60,742 bases of DNA, filler included, from Dimargaris cristalligena (GCA_003614675.1; 7 parts of 7 records of this genome joined end to end with filler, not necessarily neighbours in it); one strand, 5' to 3'. Positions 22,542 through 33,965 are shown, counted from the whole stretch's first letter. The notes: generated by a model from the sequence alone, not told the origin. Program-made: numbers and translations.

Positions 22542-25500
22542 AGGTGGTGAAGACCCCACTGGTGTTAGCTGCCATTACTCTTAATAAAACTAACACTACA
22601 CCCTTTACCACCAAAGACATAAACTCACACTGGCGATTCTTAAATGATGCCACTCTGGGAGGAGTCCTAATCAAGGCAGCTGCAGACCAAGGAGCAGCAA
22701 CTAGTATCATTACTCGAGAGGCAGCAGCTCGCCTACACCTCAAAATCAACCAGCAAATCCGGCCCCACCTACAGCCGTTTGGAGGATGCTCATATACCCC
22801 GACCTTAGGTACCACCCGGGCTCGGTTTGCAATAGCAGAGTCCCCAATAAAGCGGTGGATCAAATTCACTATCATTGAAGTGGATGCAGAGGTTGAGGTC
22901 CTAATAGGCTGCTACGATCTGGATGCCTTAGGCCTTGACCTCAGGCCCCCACCAGAATCCACTCCAAACTCTACAGGGGTTCCCCTCCCTGAGTTGCCTC
23001 CTCCACCTAGGGTAGTCCAATGAAAAACCTTGGAGCCCAGGGGGCTGTCACCCAACACCTTTGTCCGAATAAACCCGGCTACGGATCCAGAGTTCAAAAG
23101 GGCAAATGATAAATACCCCACTCCAACTAAGGAAAGTATTGAGGCCCGACTCAGGGAGCAATCACCAAATCCTCTGGCCCGGAAACAGCTTGTGGACGAG
23201 CTCATGACTGGAATACAATCTCTCCGAGAATACCCACCTAGCTGTCCACCACCCTGCCTACTCAAACCAATATCCCCCCCCCTGAAGCCGGATGCTAAAC
23301 TCCTTTATATTCCCCAGGCACCAAGGAGCCAGGCTGACCGAGACTTTATGGATGGATATATAAAGACTCGCCTCCAGTATGGAGTAGATGAGCCAGGTTT
23401 TGCTCATGCGAACCTGCCAGTATACAGTTTACCCAAACCTAATACTGATGCCCGGAGAGTAATTCTGGATGATAGCCAAGGGAGTACGGTCAACATGCAT
23501 TCCCTAGGAATGCAACTCCCTAAGCTCCATGAAGTAAGGGCCTTTGTCAATAATGCAAAAATAATCACTAGCATTGACTTAGCATCCTACTTCACTCAAA
23601 TTAGGTTAGCAACAGGAGTCCGGGACTTCTGGACCTTTGATGGAGGATCCAATGGCCGAGTGCGAGCAGCCCGCCTAGTCCAGGGCAATAGCCAAAGCCC
23701 AGCCATTGCACACGCTCTCCTAATGCATGTCTTCAATAGCATACCTGCCCTTCATGGCCTTCTCCTTGGGTACATTGACAATATCTATCTCAAAAGTACC
23801 AGTGGTAATCTCAGGGAACACATCAGTGACATTGGCCAACTAATTCGGGGCTTGGCATCATGGGGTCTAACTATCAATATGCCTAAAAGTGAATTCATTG
23901 GCACTAAGGATGTAGAGATTTTGGGCTACCGGTGGTCCCAAGGGAGCACCTGGACCATACCTGACCACCGCATTGCAGATCTCCAGCAACTCCCTATGCC
24001 ACGGACAGTCAAAGAGATCCAACGTTTAACTGGGGGCATCAATGCTATCTCTGCCCACCTCCCATGGGCCGCAGCTCTGCTGGCCCCCTTTTATGCTCTG
24101 ACCGGACTCCGACGGCTATCAGAAAAACACTTAGTTGAACTTCAGCCACACTGGGATGACCTAAAAGCTGCCCTCCAAGACACCAAGCACCTGTATGAAC
24201 CCAAACCGGGTGAACCCCTCACACTGAGGGTAGATGCAGCTGAAGCTGGAGTAGGTGCAGTACTACTGGCTCAGAATAACCAACAGGAAGATCAGGTTGT
24301 GGCCTATTTCAGTAAAGCATTTGACGGCCAGCAAGGAAGAAGACACCCAGGGTTTCGAGAAGCTTGGGGGCTAGTCAGGGCTGTTCGCCACTTTTATACC
24401 TATCTGGATGGAGCCACCAATCTTCGAATTGAGGTTGATGCAACCACAGCACTGGGTCTTTTTAATCATAAGGATACTTGTCAAGCGGACGAGTTAGCAG
24501 GCTTCCGGGCAGAACTATCAAAGATGGGAATCCACTCCCATATGATCCATCACCGGCCAGGGGAGACACACCTAACAGCTGACTGGTTATCCTGAGCCTT
24601 ACACCGCCAGAGGCCACGAAAGCTCACAAAACCTAAAGCTATTACTATTGCTGCCATTGAGGTAGCCTCTGGGGAAGACACAGGCAGTAGCGACGGAGGG
24701 GAGGCAATTGATCTCTCACTAACCTCAGATGAAGAAGGGGATAACCCAAACCCAAGTGACACCAGGCTCATGGGTGAATCCACCATCATGGCTGCTCTTC
24801 CCAATACGTGGCACTGGTCCATCACCCAGGAGGATCAAAGAAACGACCCACAGCTAAACACCTGGTACCTACTTTGCCTTCGAAGGGATACTGAGATTGG
24901 CCGGGATGACCCCCTATTCACGGAGATTAATGGAATGTCTATTCACAATGGACTCCTCTGCCAACTAATCCCGGGCATACTACCAGGCACTATGGGGAGC
25001 TGGGTACCTCTAGTCCCAACACTCATGATGAAGGAGGTCACAAAAAACTGGCATATAGAACTCTGCCACCCAGACCGGGAACGGCTCCTGGCATTTACTC
25101 AGTCTCGCCTAGTCCACCCAGCACTTCGGGAAACCATCGACCAACTCACAAGGACGTGCCATGCTTGCCAAATCAATGCCATAGCCACTGTCCGAAATAC
25201 TCCCCAGTCCACCACCTATGGTGACCGCAAACCAGGTGAACACCTCTACTTAGATATAGGATACATTGGCCAAATTGGTACAGATGAAGAAACACAGTTT
25301 CTCATTATTGCTGATGCAGCAAGCCGGTTCTATCAGGCAATACCTCTATTACAGTCGACCACCTTGGACATAGTGGAGGGCTTACGCGATGGGTGGATTG
25401 GAACCTTTGGAAAACCTCGGTTAATCACTACTGATAATGGGCCTCAGTTCACCGCAGATGTCCTTAAGGACTACCTGGATCGGCACGAAATTCGGCACAT

Positions 25501-25853
25501 ATTCTCATCTCGGAGTCATCCCATTTCAGAATTAGCTGAATGATATGTGGGCCTATTGAAAAGCTCATTAAGAAAGTGCTGGAGTCAATATGGCACTGCT
25601 GAAGGGTGGATTCATTACCTACCCCAAATCACTGCAGCCCATGCAATTATCCCTGACCCACACACAGGCATCTCCCCATGGATGGCCCTCAAGGGCATTG
25701 AGTCGACAGTAGATGTATCTCAATTATTACTCCACCCGGACACTGAAGGGGGCCTAGTGGGAGTTGCACAGTGGGCCATAAATCAGGCAAAGGAGCATCG
25801 TACCTGAGTTCGGAAACAGGCCATGGAGCGGCACAACCAACACGTAACACGCC
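22532..25853 (+). mobile_element. Ty3/Gypsy pol (PR-RT-RNase H-IN): one frame interrupted by four TGA stops, 3' end cut by an insertion
   Basis: PR: AAADQGAATSII. RT: SIDLASYFTQI...QGNSQSP...YIDN. RNase H: VDAAEAGVGAVL...REAWGL...ADWLS. IN: H-H-CxxC, LYLDIG, TDNGPQF, AE. ORFs starting 22544, 23030, 24770, 25547 and 25823 share a frame; stops are at 23021, 24593, 25541 and 25805. Confidence 0.9.
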
Positions 25854-26056
25854 GGTGTGGCAAGGTGAAGTGTCCCCTTAAATTGCCACAGGTATGCACA
25901 ATTATTATTTACTTATTATATTTATATACAAGGTATGAAGTGGCTTTTTTGTCTGGTATATCCAGTTTTTTTCCCTTCCCTTTTAACCCATTTCTTCCAC
26001 ACGAATTTTCCTTTAATTTTATTTATATTTCTATTGGTGGATGCATGCTTTCCCTA
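25854..26056 (+). repeat. Start of an AT-rich DNA-transposon-like repeat inserted in the integrase C-terminus
   Basis: Begins GGTGTGGCAAGGTG, followed by a switch to AT-rich sequence. It is an inverted homolog of 20637-20811 and runs into the gap. Confidence 0.65.
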
Positions 26057-26156
26057 NNNNNNNNNNNNNNNNNNNNNNNNNNNNNNNNNNNNNNNNNNNN
26101 TTAATTAATTAANNNNNNNNNNNNNNNNNNNNNNNNNNNNNNNNNNNNNNNNNNNN
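26057..26156. other. Artificial contig linker
   Basis: N44-TTAATTAATTAA-N44. Confidence 0.98.
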
Positions 26157-26344
26157 ATTTTTACGTTCAAAATTTGTCTCTGTCGTGTTCTTTACACTTG
26201 TGCACGACGACCTTTCGGTTATTATAGACTGTGGACTTGTCCATTGTGCGAAATAAGTATCGCCAATAAATAACAAAACGTCGACGGCATCTATTAACGA
26301 TAATGGTGTAAAACGAGAATCTGAGCGTCATAAAATTAACCATC

Positions 26345-26492
26345 TGGGAAAAGTTCATTCAGGCTGTCTAACGAAAAATCCATTGGCTGAGGCCAATATT
26401 ACTGGTTAAAAGGTATTCTCACATACAATATATTCACCCTTACATGTATTATGTAAAACCTTATACAGCTGGTTTGAATTTCACCCATCTGG
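26345..26492 (+). repeat. Dispersed repeat with exon-intron-exon structure ('WEKF' family), copy A
   Basis: Closely similar to the reverse complement of 52241-52386. Reads WEKFIQAV*RKIHWLRPILLVK, GT-AG intron at 26413-26468, then SWFEFHP. Confidence 0.65.
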
Positions 26493-26984
26493 TGAAATAT
26501 GCTGATACCCCTGCTTTATATTTTGTCTAAAAGTGCTATTATTTGGATACGGTAACCACACTTGGTTAAAAATTTAATATAGTGATATGTATTTGATACA
26601 AGAATAACAGTGTCTCTGTGGTGGAATCTGACGCTGGGGGGTAAGTGGCAGGACATCCTGGTACGAAGGCAACGGTTATAAAGGAGATAAAATTGCAACT
26701 GGTGCGAATGGTAATAAAGATGGGTCCCGTAGATGGTGCGAGACCAGTGAGGTCAATAGCAAAGCGATGGAATCCGAGGAAGCGTGCAAGTAGTAGCCAC
26801 GCAAGACCTCGCAGTTCGAATGAATAAAGTGATGCGCAAACCGCCGGTGTCGATATCACCAGGAAATATAATGTATATTCTTATAATAATAATAAAAAAA
26901 GTAAATATAAGAAATACACACCCAACAATAGAGTGAGCAGACCCTAGCCATTCCACCAATGGATTGAAGAACTGTGGGTGCATT

Positions 26985-29900
26985 TTACAAGTGGGGACTA
27001 ATAAACGTCACGGTGCTATCATCATTGCCCATGGCTATTGTGGGCGACATTTGGTGCATGGCCAGGGCGGTAACCGCTGCCACTCGGCCTAGAATCCCCG
27101 TAGAATGGCGGAAAAGACCAATATGTTTGAAATCCATGTCCCAGACTTTAACGGTATGATTGCTGCTACCGGCATTCCGATCGGCAACGCCCGTGCCACC
27201 GCCGGAGCCAGCGACGGGGCCTCCCGATAGAGCCGAGGCTCCCCCGGGGTTAGCACCGGTACCTCCATTGGCGGCAGTCAGCGAGTTGGCCGCGGCTGTC
27301 GCGAAAATGGGCATATTATCATGGACCGCCAGATGGTTCAGCACGCCTGAGCTGTGGGCCACCAGCGAACCACGGGAGCGGCCAGTGCCGACATCCCATA
27401 GTCGCACCTTGCCGTCAGTACTAGCGGAAACGAGCTCCCGGCCCTGGCCACCTTGGAGAATGGTTTGTATCACTGAATTACCCGGTATGGTGGGGTCTCC
27501 CAACACCCGGGCCTGGCAGCGGGTTTGATCCATTCGCTCATCGTAAACCCGCACTACACCATCGGAGCCACCGCAGAATATAAGATTGCCCCCGACCTGG
27601 TCCACCGCAATGGCATTGACGATACCGGTGGATTTGCTGTGGATTTTCTTAACGCACAACTCCCGACTGAGGTCCCAAACATTAATGGTGTTCGTGGACC
27701 CGGTAACGTACAAGAGTCCGGTTCTCTGGACCCATTCGGTAACCATTCGGGTAGGTCGGCGGCGGTCCTGGACGTGCTCGGTGAAATTCTGCCAACCCGT
27801 AATCATCTCGCACCGGTCAGGGTCGGCGTAATTCTGGAAGAAGCGCAGGGTGCCGTCATGGGTGCCCACCATCAGGATGCCCATATCCATTTCGTTAATA
27901 AGTTGCACGGTGGTGATGCGGGGCAGTTTAGGGACAAGCAAGGGGTTCTGGGTAGCGGTTAGTGGGTGGACCGCGGTATGGGTGGAGGTGGCGGCGGCAC
28001 TCGAGAAAAAATACGAGGTGGCCTGGGCCCCACCGGGCTGGCCTCCATTGTAGGCGCCGGGGGTCGCAGCCGAGGTGCCGCCTACCCGGCGACCGGCGGG
28101 ATCAGTATCTGGCACCACCCCATTCAATAAAGGGTTGACCGAGATTTGGTGTAGACGGCTTTTGTTTTCCCAGTCCCAGATGGAGACGGTCTGTTTAGCG
28201 TCCGATACAACCAGTTGCTTCTCGTAGTGGTGGAAGTGAAGCAGATTGGGCACCTGGTCCACCGTCATGGTGGTGCTTTTGCTCCACTGGGCCCGTTTGC
28301 GGTAGTTGGCCCGCACGGTCTGGAACTGGGCGACTATTGCGTCATTACGGGTTTTACGCCAGGCGCTGGCCAAGTACTCTTCGCTCCCCTCCTGTTGCTC
28401 CTCGGGTTTTCGCAGGTATGGCTCGAGCACCAGTAAGGTCTGCCACTCCAGGAGTTTAGAAACTAGCGGTATCTCTACAGGGGGTTCAAAGTAGGGGACA
28501 TGGCTAAGAACACTCATAATATTATCGGGGGTAAGGTGGGGTGGCAGTTGGGGGAATGGTGGCACTTTGCCGGTGGCCATAGAGCCCCGGGCAGGACCGG
28601 CGTTGATATCCAGCGATTGGAGCGAGTGGCTGAGTTGGGTGTCCAAGGCACGCAGGGCAGGGTCCTCGTAGGAGTAGATCGCCGACTGGCGGTTTAGGGC
28701 CGAGTGGGCCGACGACGTGGTCGAGGCTAGGGCAGCGGTGAATGATGTTGACAGGGCCTCGGTTGGTCCGGGAGTGGGGGGTGAGTTCTGACCGCTGGGG
28801 CCTCCCGTCCCGGTATGAGCCAATTGGAAGCGCATCTGGGCGGGGGTGGGTGTCAAGGGGGGGTTGTTATTAGCCGTACCCAAAGGGGGGTACGCCACCG
28901 AGCCCGTGGACGAGGCCCCGGCCGACGTACCATACGGGTGGGTCGACGTAGGTTGGTGGACCGACGTCGAACTTCCGGTGGTTAGATTGTACATTAGGTT
29001 AATCGTGGACGAAGCCGACCGCTTAAGACTCGAGGTCAGCTTGGACGCCATGCTGGCTTGATCCTCGATCCGGTTCTTGGTTGGGGTGGGAGGGGTGGTG
29101 TGAGCCACCATACCGCTGCTTTCACCGCGGTAGCCTGTAGGTTCGGGTTGGGCCCCATACTTTTCGGCGGTTTGGGTAAGGGCCTCGAGAGCGACTGCGT
29201 CGGAGGGATTATGCCGGGGGAAAGTACCGCGTACTGAACCGCCCATGTGGGGCGGGGGGTTGGTCTTGGTCGGGGAGGTCAGCGAGGTGTGGTGGGATAC
29301 GGAGCGCTGGCGCGGAGACACCGGGTGGCTGGTGGACAGGGTGATCCCAGTCGCAGATGGCTGGCTCCCGAGCTCGGTCAAGTCGCTGGGTAGGGAAATT
29401 GGAACAGGGGTCTGTGCCACAGCCGTAATGGTCGCTAGGAGCGGATGCGTAACAAAGTCAACGATAATCGAGGTCAGTTGCGCCACCTCGGCCACCGGAT
29501 CAACCGACAGCCGCAAAACAGTCCGCCAGATGGTAAGGCACATGTCGTACGGAAGCAGGTCGGCCCCCAGAAAGTGGGTGATGGGTTCGCCCGAGTCCGA
29601 CGGAGTGGTGGTGGTCTGCGTAGACAGGGAACCGGCTGTCTGGCTCGCCTGATCGGTACAACGCTGGGCTACGGCCAGGGCCAGGATCTGGCTAACTTCG
29701 GTGGAGAGGCCGGAGCTGGCCAACGGGGAAGAGGTACCTCGGCCCAGTCCGGCTTTGAGAGTACTCTGGCGGGACAGGGCATTGAGTGAGGCGCGCTTAC
29801 CCAATGGGTCAGCCGACGGGGCCACCAGTCCCGAACCAGTGTAAAAGTCGTGGGGCCGTTTTTGGATCGTTTCCATGGCCAGGGTGAAGAAGCGCTCCGG

Positions 29901-32132
29901 ATAGCGTTTGATGTAATGAGAGAGGGCAATCACAATCTCCTTACGGACCACGGGGGAGGCGTCCTGGGCCGCCCCGACCAGAGCGATACAGATGATCAAC
30001 TCCACATTCACCACATGTTCCGTCTTTTCGGCCGGGCCGAAGAATGCACTGAGGGCCATCACAGCGGCCGCGCGTACCTCGGGAATGGGGTCTTCGAGCA
30101 GGGCAAATAGGCATTCGTGCATGTTGAGCTGAACCACCTGCTGGATATTGGTGACGTGGTTCCGGCAAAGCTCCGCCAAAAACAGGCAGGACCACTGCCG
30201 GAGGGGGGTCACCGTGTTCGGCTGGATCAGGTCCTTCAGGCGTTCGACGATTTCGGGCATACCGCACACCTGCTGCGCTTCGTACAGGTCCCGGCAGAGG
30301 TGCGTTAGAACCATTAGGCAGTGGGCCCGGCAGGCCAGCACCGTTACGGGGGTATTTTCGACCAAGTTGAGATTATCGAGGAGAAGCCCGTCGAGGAAGT
30401 ATTTGGGTGCATTGCTGCGCATGAGCTCTTGGCGGACGCTGTAGTCCACACTGATGATGGCCGACCAGATGGCCGCGAGGTACCCCCGCGAATTAGTCTG
30501 AGTGCTACTGATTAGTTTGAGTACGTAGGGGAAAATGCCTACGGCCAAGCACTGATTAACCGCCCAACGGCCAAATTTGAGGAAATCGACCAACAGGGAC
30601 AGGGCCCGATTGCGGTGAAGTTGACTCAAAAGGACCTGGAGGATAATCGGTAGCAGTTCGGGGTGGGCCTGCTGGGGGGCCCCGTGGCCAAGGTAGGTTT
30701 GGAACGAATCGAGTTGATATGTGAAAAAATCCGACGGCATGTATTCGTAGTGGATCTGGTTCTGGGAGGCGTTGATGAAGTCAGGCAGCTGGATCAAACA
30801 CTCGTCGAGGGCGCTCTCAAAGGAGCCCCAGAGGTGGTGGTCGTAGGTGGGGGGAAGCTCGGGATAGCTCACGGGATGGCAGTTATAGTGGCGCATTAGG
30901 CGGACGGCCAGCATGAAGTTGCGGAACAGAGTGGAGGTCAGCAGGTCCTGCCGGAACAGCTTCTTGAAGGATTCCTTGGACAGGGTGTTCCAGGCAATCG
31001 TGTCAGTGACGGCTGTGAATATCCAGTTGATCTCCCCCAGCGGGGTCCGGCGGCTGCTGACTACACCCGGGACCATGGTGATGGCCGACTGGTTGAAGTC
31101 AGTGAGGTGGTTATTGCGCATGATCCACCACCGCATGGCCATCTCAATGGGGGTGGTCATACAAGCCGTGAAGACGTCGGCGGGTAGGTGTGGAGACAGG
31201 GGTAGATTCTCGTCCCCCCGGCACGCGGCGAAGTGGACGCTGTGGGAGTGGGGTAGGGCGGCCAGCGGCGGGGGACCTTTGGTTGCCCCGGGACGACCGG
31301 AGTCCGAGGACGGGGGCGGGGCGTCGGGGGGCGCCCCCGATTCGATACCGGCTAAAATATCCCGCTCCTCCTGCTGGCTGACTGCTACCAACCACTCGTT
31401 ATCCTTACGCTTGGCGTGTTTAACAAAGTTCTCGAGGATATTACCGGCGGCGGAACAGTCGTATACGAAGATACCTGGGCTCCCCAGCCATATTTGAATG
31501 TCCTGGACCGACACGGGCATATACTGGGTGTAGTTGCTATTGAACACCCAAATGTCGCCGTTCCGGGTGGGTTTAGGAACCCCATGGCCGTTGTAATGAA
31601 ACAGGACGCGGCCGCCCTTGGCCTGCCGCCGCATATTAACAGTATAGCGCTTGGTATCTTCGATGGTGGGATCGGTCAGTAGTTTGGTACGGAGGTTCTG
31701 GTGCAGAAACTCGTACTGCTTCTGCAAGTTCTGGGCGATCCGGGAGAGGGCGGCCATGGCGGGCTCGGCAAAGGGGTCCGCCCAGGCCTCTAGCTTGGCG
31801 CAAACCTCGGGTTTAGTGATATCGGGTGGGTCAATGCCAATGCGGAGGCAGAGGGCGATGATGGCCCCGTAGGTATGGTTCTTATCCACCAGTCGCCAGT
31901 CGAACAGCCGGAAACTGCGATCTAGCGCACGGAATGGGTGGCGGTAGCGACGGGTGGAGAAGAAGTTGTCGACGTAGGTGGGCTCTTCCATGGGAAGAAG
32001 TTCCGTATCCCTAATGCGGGTGGACTGGGGGCCGCTGATGGGCCAGTTGCCGGTGGCCCGGGCCAACCCGAGGGAGTTTTTCGGGCGCGCTTTGGTCGGC
32101 GGGGTACGGGAATCAAGTAGGGTGGACGACAT
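26985..32132 (-). CDS. KOG1: TORC1 subunit Raptor/Kog1
   Basis: 1715-aa intronless ORF with an RNC caspase-like domain (LCLRIGIDPPD, RVLFHYNGHGVPKPT, YDCSAAG, LFRQDLL), HEAT repeats (LPIILQVLLSQLHR, DPIPEVRAAAV, DASPVVRKE) and C-terminal WD40 repeats. Confidence 0.97.
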   Translation of the reverse strand: MSSTLLDSRTPPTKARPKNSLGLARATGNWPISGPQSTRIRDTELLPMEEPTYVDNFFSTRRYRHPFRALDRSFRLFDWRLVDKNHTYGAIIALCLRIGIDPPDITKPEVCAKLEAWADPFAEPAMAALSRIAQNLQKQYEFLHQNLRTKLLTDPTIEDTKRYTVNMRRQAKGGRVLFHYNGHGVPKPTRNGDIWVFNSNYTQYMPVSVQDIQIWLGSPGIFVYDCSAAGNILENFVKHAKRKDNEWLVAVSQQEERDILAGIESGAPPDAPPPSSDSGRPGATKGPPPLAALPHSHSVHFAACRGDENLPLSPHLPADVFTACMTTPIEMAMRWWIMRNNHLTDFNQSAITMVPGVVSSRRTPLGEINWIFTAVTDTIAWNTLSKESFKKLFRQDLLTSTLFRNFMLAVRLMRHYNCHPVSYPELPPTYDHHLWGSFESALDECLIQLPDFINASQNQIHYEYMPSDFFTYQLDSFQTYLGHGAPQQAHPELLPIILQVLLSQLHRNRALSLLVDFLKFGRWAVNQCLAVGIFPYVLKLISSTQTNSRGYLAAIWSAIISVDYSVRQELMRSNAPKYFLDGLLLDNLNLVENTPVTVLACRAHCLMVLTHLCRDLYEAQQVCGMPEIVERLKDLIQPNTVTPLRQWSCLFLAELCRNHVTNIQQVVQLNMHECLFALLEDPIPEVRAAAVMALSAFFGPAEKTEHVVNVELIICIALVGAAQDASPVVRKEIVIALSHYIKRYPERFFTLAMETIQKRPHDFYTGSGLVAPSADPLGKRASLNALSRQSTLKAGLGRGTSSPLASSGLSTEVSQILALAVAQRCTDQASQTAGSLSTQTTTTPSDSGEPITHFLGADLLPYDMCLTIWRTVLRLSVDPVAEVAQLTSIIVDFVTHPLLATITAVAQTPVPISLPSDLTELGSQPSATGITLSTSHPVSPRQRSVSHHTSLTSPTKTNPPPHMGGSVRGTFPRHNPSDAVALEALTQTAEKYGAQPEPTGYRGESSGMVAHTTPPTPTKNRIEDQASMASKLTSSLKRSASSTINLMYNLTTGSSTSVHQPTSTHPYGTSAGASSTGSVAYPPLGTANNNPPLTPTPAQMRFQLAHTGTGGPSGQNSPPTPGPTEALSTSFTAALASTTSSAHSALNRQSAIYSYEDPALRALDTQLSHSLQSLDINAGPARGSMATGKVPPFPQLPPHLTPDNIMSVLSHVPYFEPPVEIPLVSKLLEWQTLLVLEPYLRKPEEQQEGSEEYLASAWRKTRNDAIVAQFQTVRANYRKRAQWSKSTTMTVDQVPNLLHFHHYEKQLVVSDAKQTVSIWDWENKSRLHQISVNPLLNGVVPDTDPAGRRVGGTSAATPGAYNGGQPGGAQATSYFFSSAAATSTHTAVHPLTATQNPLLVPKLPRITTVQLINEMDMGILMVGTHDGTLRFFQNYADPDRCEMITGWQNFTEHVQDRRRPTRMVTEWVQRTGLLYVTGSTNTINVWDLSRELCVKKIHSKSTGIVNAIAVDQVGGNLIFCGGSDGVVRVYDERMDQTRCQARVLGDPTIPGNSVIQTILQGGQGRELVSASTDGKVRLWDVGTGRSRGSLVAHSSGVLNHLAVHDNMPIFATAAANSLTAANGGTGANPGGASALSGGPVAGSGGGTGVADRNAGSSNHTVKVWDMDFKHIGLFRHSTGILGRVAAVTALAMHQMSPTIAMGNDDSTVTFISPHL

Positions 32133-33734
32133 GGCGACGGGCCAAGCAAATCAACCAAAGGCTATAGTAAAGTATAATAGAGATATATAAAGATATGTAT
32201 GTGTGAATGTATGTATGTATATGGGTTTGTCGGACAGTCAGAAAAAAAGAGAATGGCGAAAGCGCAGAATAAAGGAAATGGTGCAGGACTGAAGGTGGGG
32301 AATGGTCGGGGTTTCAGATAGTGAGAACGTCACACGACTTAGCAAGTGGAAGGTAGTCTACCCACTGATTGATGGCGAGGGGCATCAGTCTGGTATCAAC
32401 CCAAAATTACTTAGCCGTAGCTTGATGAGTTGGCAAGGCCGCCGGGTCCCTCAGCGAAGTCCGTGATTAATTGGCCTTGGAATCCCCCCGCCCTCTTATC
32501 ACCGCGGATTGGGGTCAGTTGATTGTTCGGACTACATATCGGGGACTCACTCAAATGGTTTCCATTCTGGTCTGTGTTACAAAGCATTGTTTACCAATAA
32601 ACGGACCTTACGGCTGTATCCGTTGGCAAGAACTGCCAATGGTGCATTTGCCATGCTATACTTCAACAGATCACCAAGGAAAGTACCGCGCGGACATTGA
32701 AATATCGGGAGTGATTGGAAGGTAAGGAGGGGGGATGGGGCAATTCACTACTACGTAGACCAGCTTTCCAGACGCCTGAAAACCCTGGCCAGCTACAGCA
32801 TCCGGAGCTTAATTTCACTGTCGATTCCAATAACGGCGGCGCCTCAAACATGCATCGCCAGGCTTTGTCATTTTTTATGGCGGTAAACCAAAAAGCAATA
32901 GCATTCAGTGAAATCTAGGGTCAAAGTTGGCCTGCGTGACTCAAGTCATTGGCAAATGTTGAAATCCGTGGGCGAAATTATATAGTTGAATATATCGGAA
33001 AGATTGGTCAACTCATGGGCTATTTGCCACATTGAAGATTTAATATAAGAAAAGCCAGCGGGCAAACTGTTTAGCTATTAAAACCAATAAATATGGTATA
33101 TATAAGATGGTGCAATGATGCCAACAGTGCTAAACACAACATTAATAAGTCAGTTTATCCAATCCCGTCTTCACCAATGATGCCCGAAAACTATCTATTT
33201 ATACCAAGTCTCTGTGGCATAACTAACCATCTTCACGACCTTTGCCTTAATATTTAGGGATAATCTTGGCACTTAAGATTATTTTTTGTGACCCACTCGC
33301 AATATGTGATGACCTGGAGGTAGATTAAACTGGTGGGACAGTATAAGTCTCCGATTATATATGCAGGTTGGCAGGCTAATGAATAACCGAAGAGAGGCCA
33401 ACATAAGATCATTTATTCTAAGGATAGATCCCTCAAAGAAAGGCCTATCAAGACTATGATTTATGCACGAACCTGCAGTAAAGATATTTAGAAGTCAACA
33501 TCGTAAACATAGTTTTCACTAGTGGGGGGGAGGGGGGGGGGGAAACCGATGGTCCGTAGCCGATAAACCATGTGATCGTAACAGGTAGGTAATTAATTGC
33601 TATTATAGATGTATTGTTTAGATTGGCATTGGCTATTTATTGCGATATTTCGTTGGGCTAGCTAATACAAGCTACATTCCCTTGCTGATTTCCCTTAAAT
33701 ATTACCAACGCTCCCGTTTATGGGTTTTCCATAG

Positions 33735-33965
33735 ATCACTTAATACTAATATGGGAGAAGTTCAGTGTAACTGGATACCGAAAGTCCCGTTTGCAAAGAC
33801 CGGTTTTGCTGGCTGATACGTAATATCCTGCCTATTACCTCCGTTATATTTCCTTTGAAACACTATATAGCTACGTGGCATTTCGTCCATATGAGGGAAG
33901 AGGGAGGAATATTACTATATTTATAAAGACTTGGCCCAACCATTATATTTTAACTATACGACTGG
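33735..33965 (+). other. Diverged 'WEKF' family exon pair, copy B
   Basis: AG|HLILIWEKFSVTGYRKSRLQRPVLLAD, GT-AG intron at 33820-33870, then TYVAFRPY. Same intron position and phase as copy A. Confidence 0.45.

Noticed and set aside
23021-25807. TGA reassignment or readthrough as the explanation for four in-frame TGA codons in pol
   Set aside because: Two fall at conserved Arg positions, CpG is depleted, the RT YxDD is also hit at a CpG, and a host gene (49344) ends in TGA. CGA>TGA decay explains them.
20637-26056. Retroelement with inverted terminal repeats (DIRS- or Ginger-like)
   Set aside because: The repeat termini face inward, the right copy interrupts the integrase, and the element has a DDE integrase with an LTR/PBS-like 5' end.
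27160-32190. Many antisense or alternate-frame ORFs inside KOG1 (likewise in GCN2, RRN3 and sppA)
   Set aside because: Expected shadow ORFs of GC-rich coding sequence.
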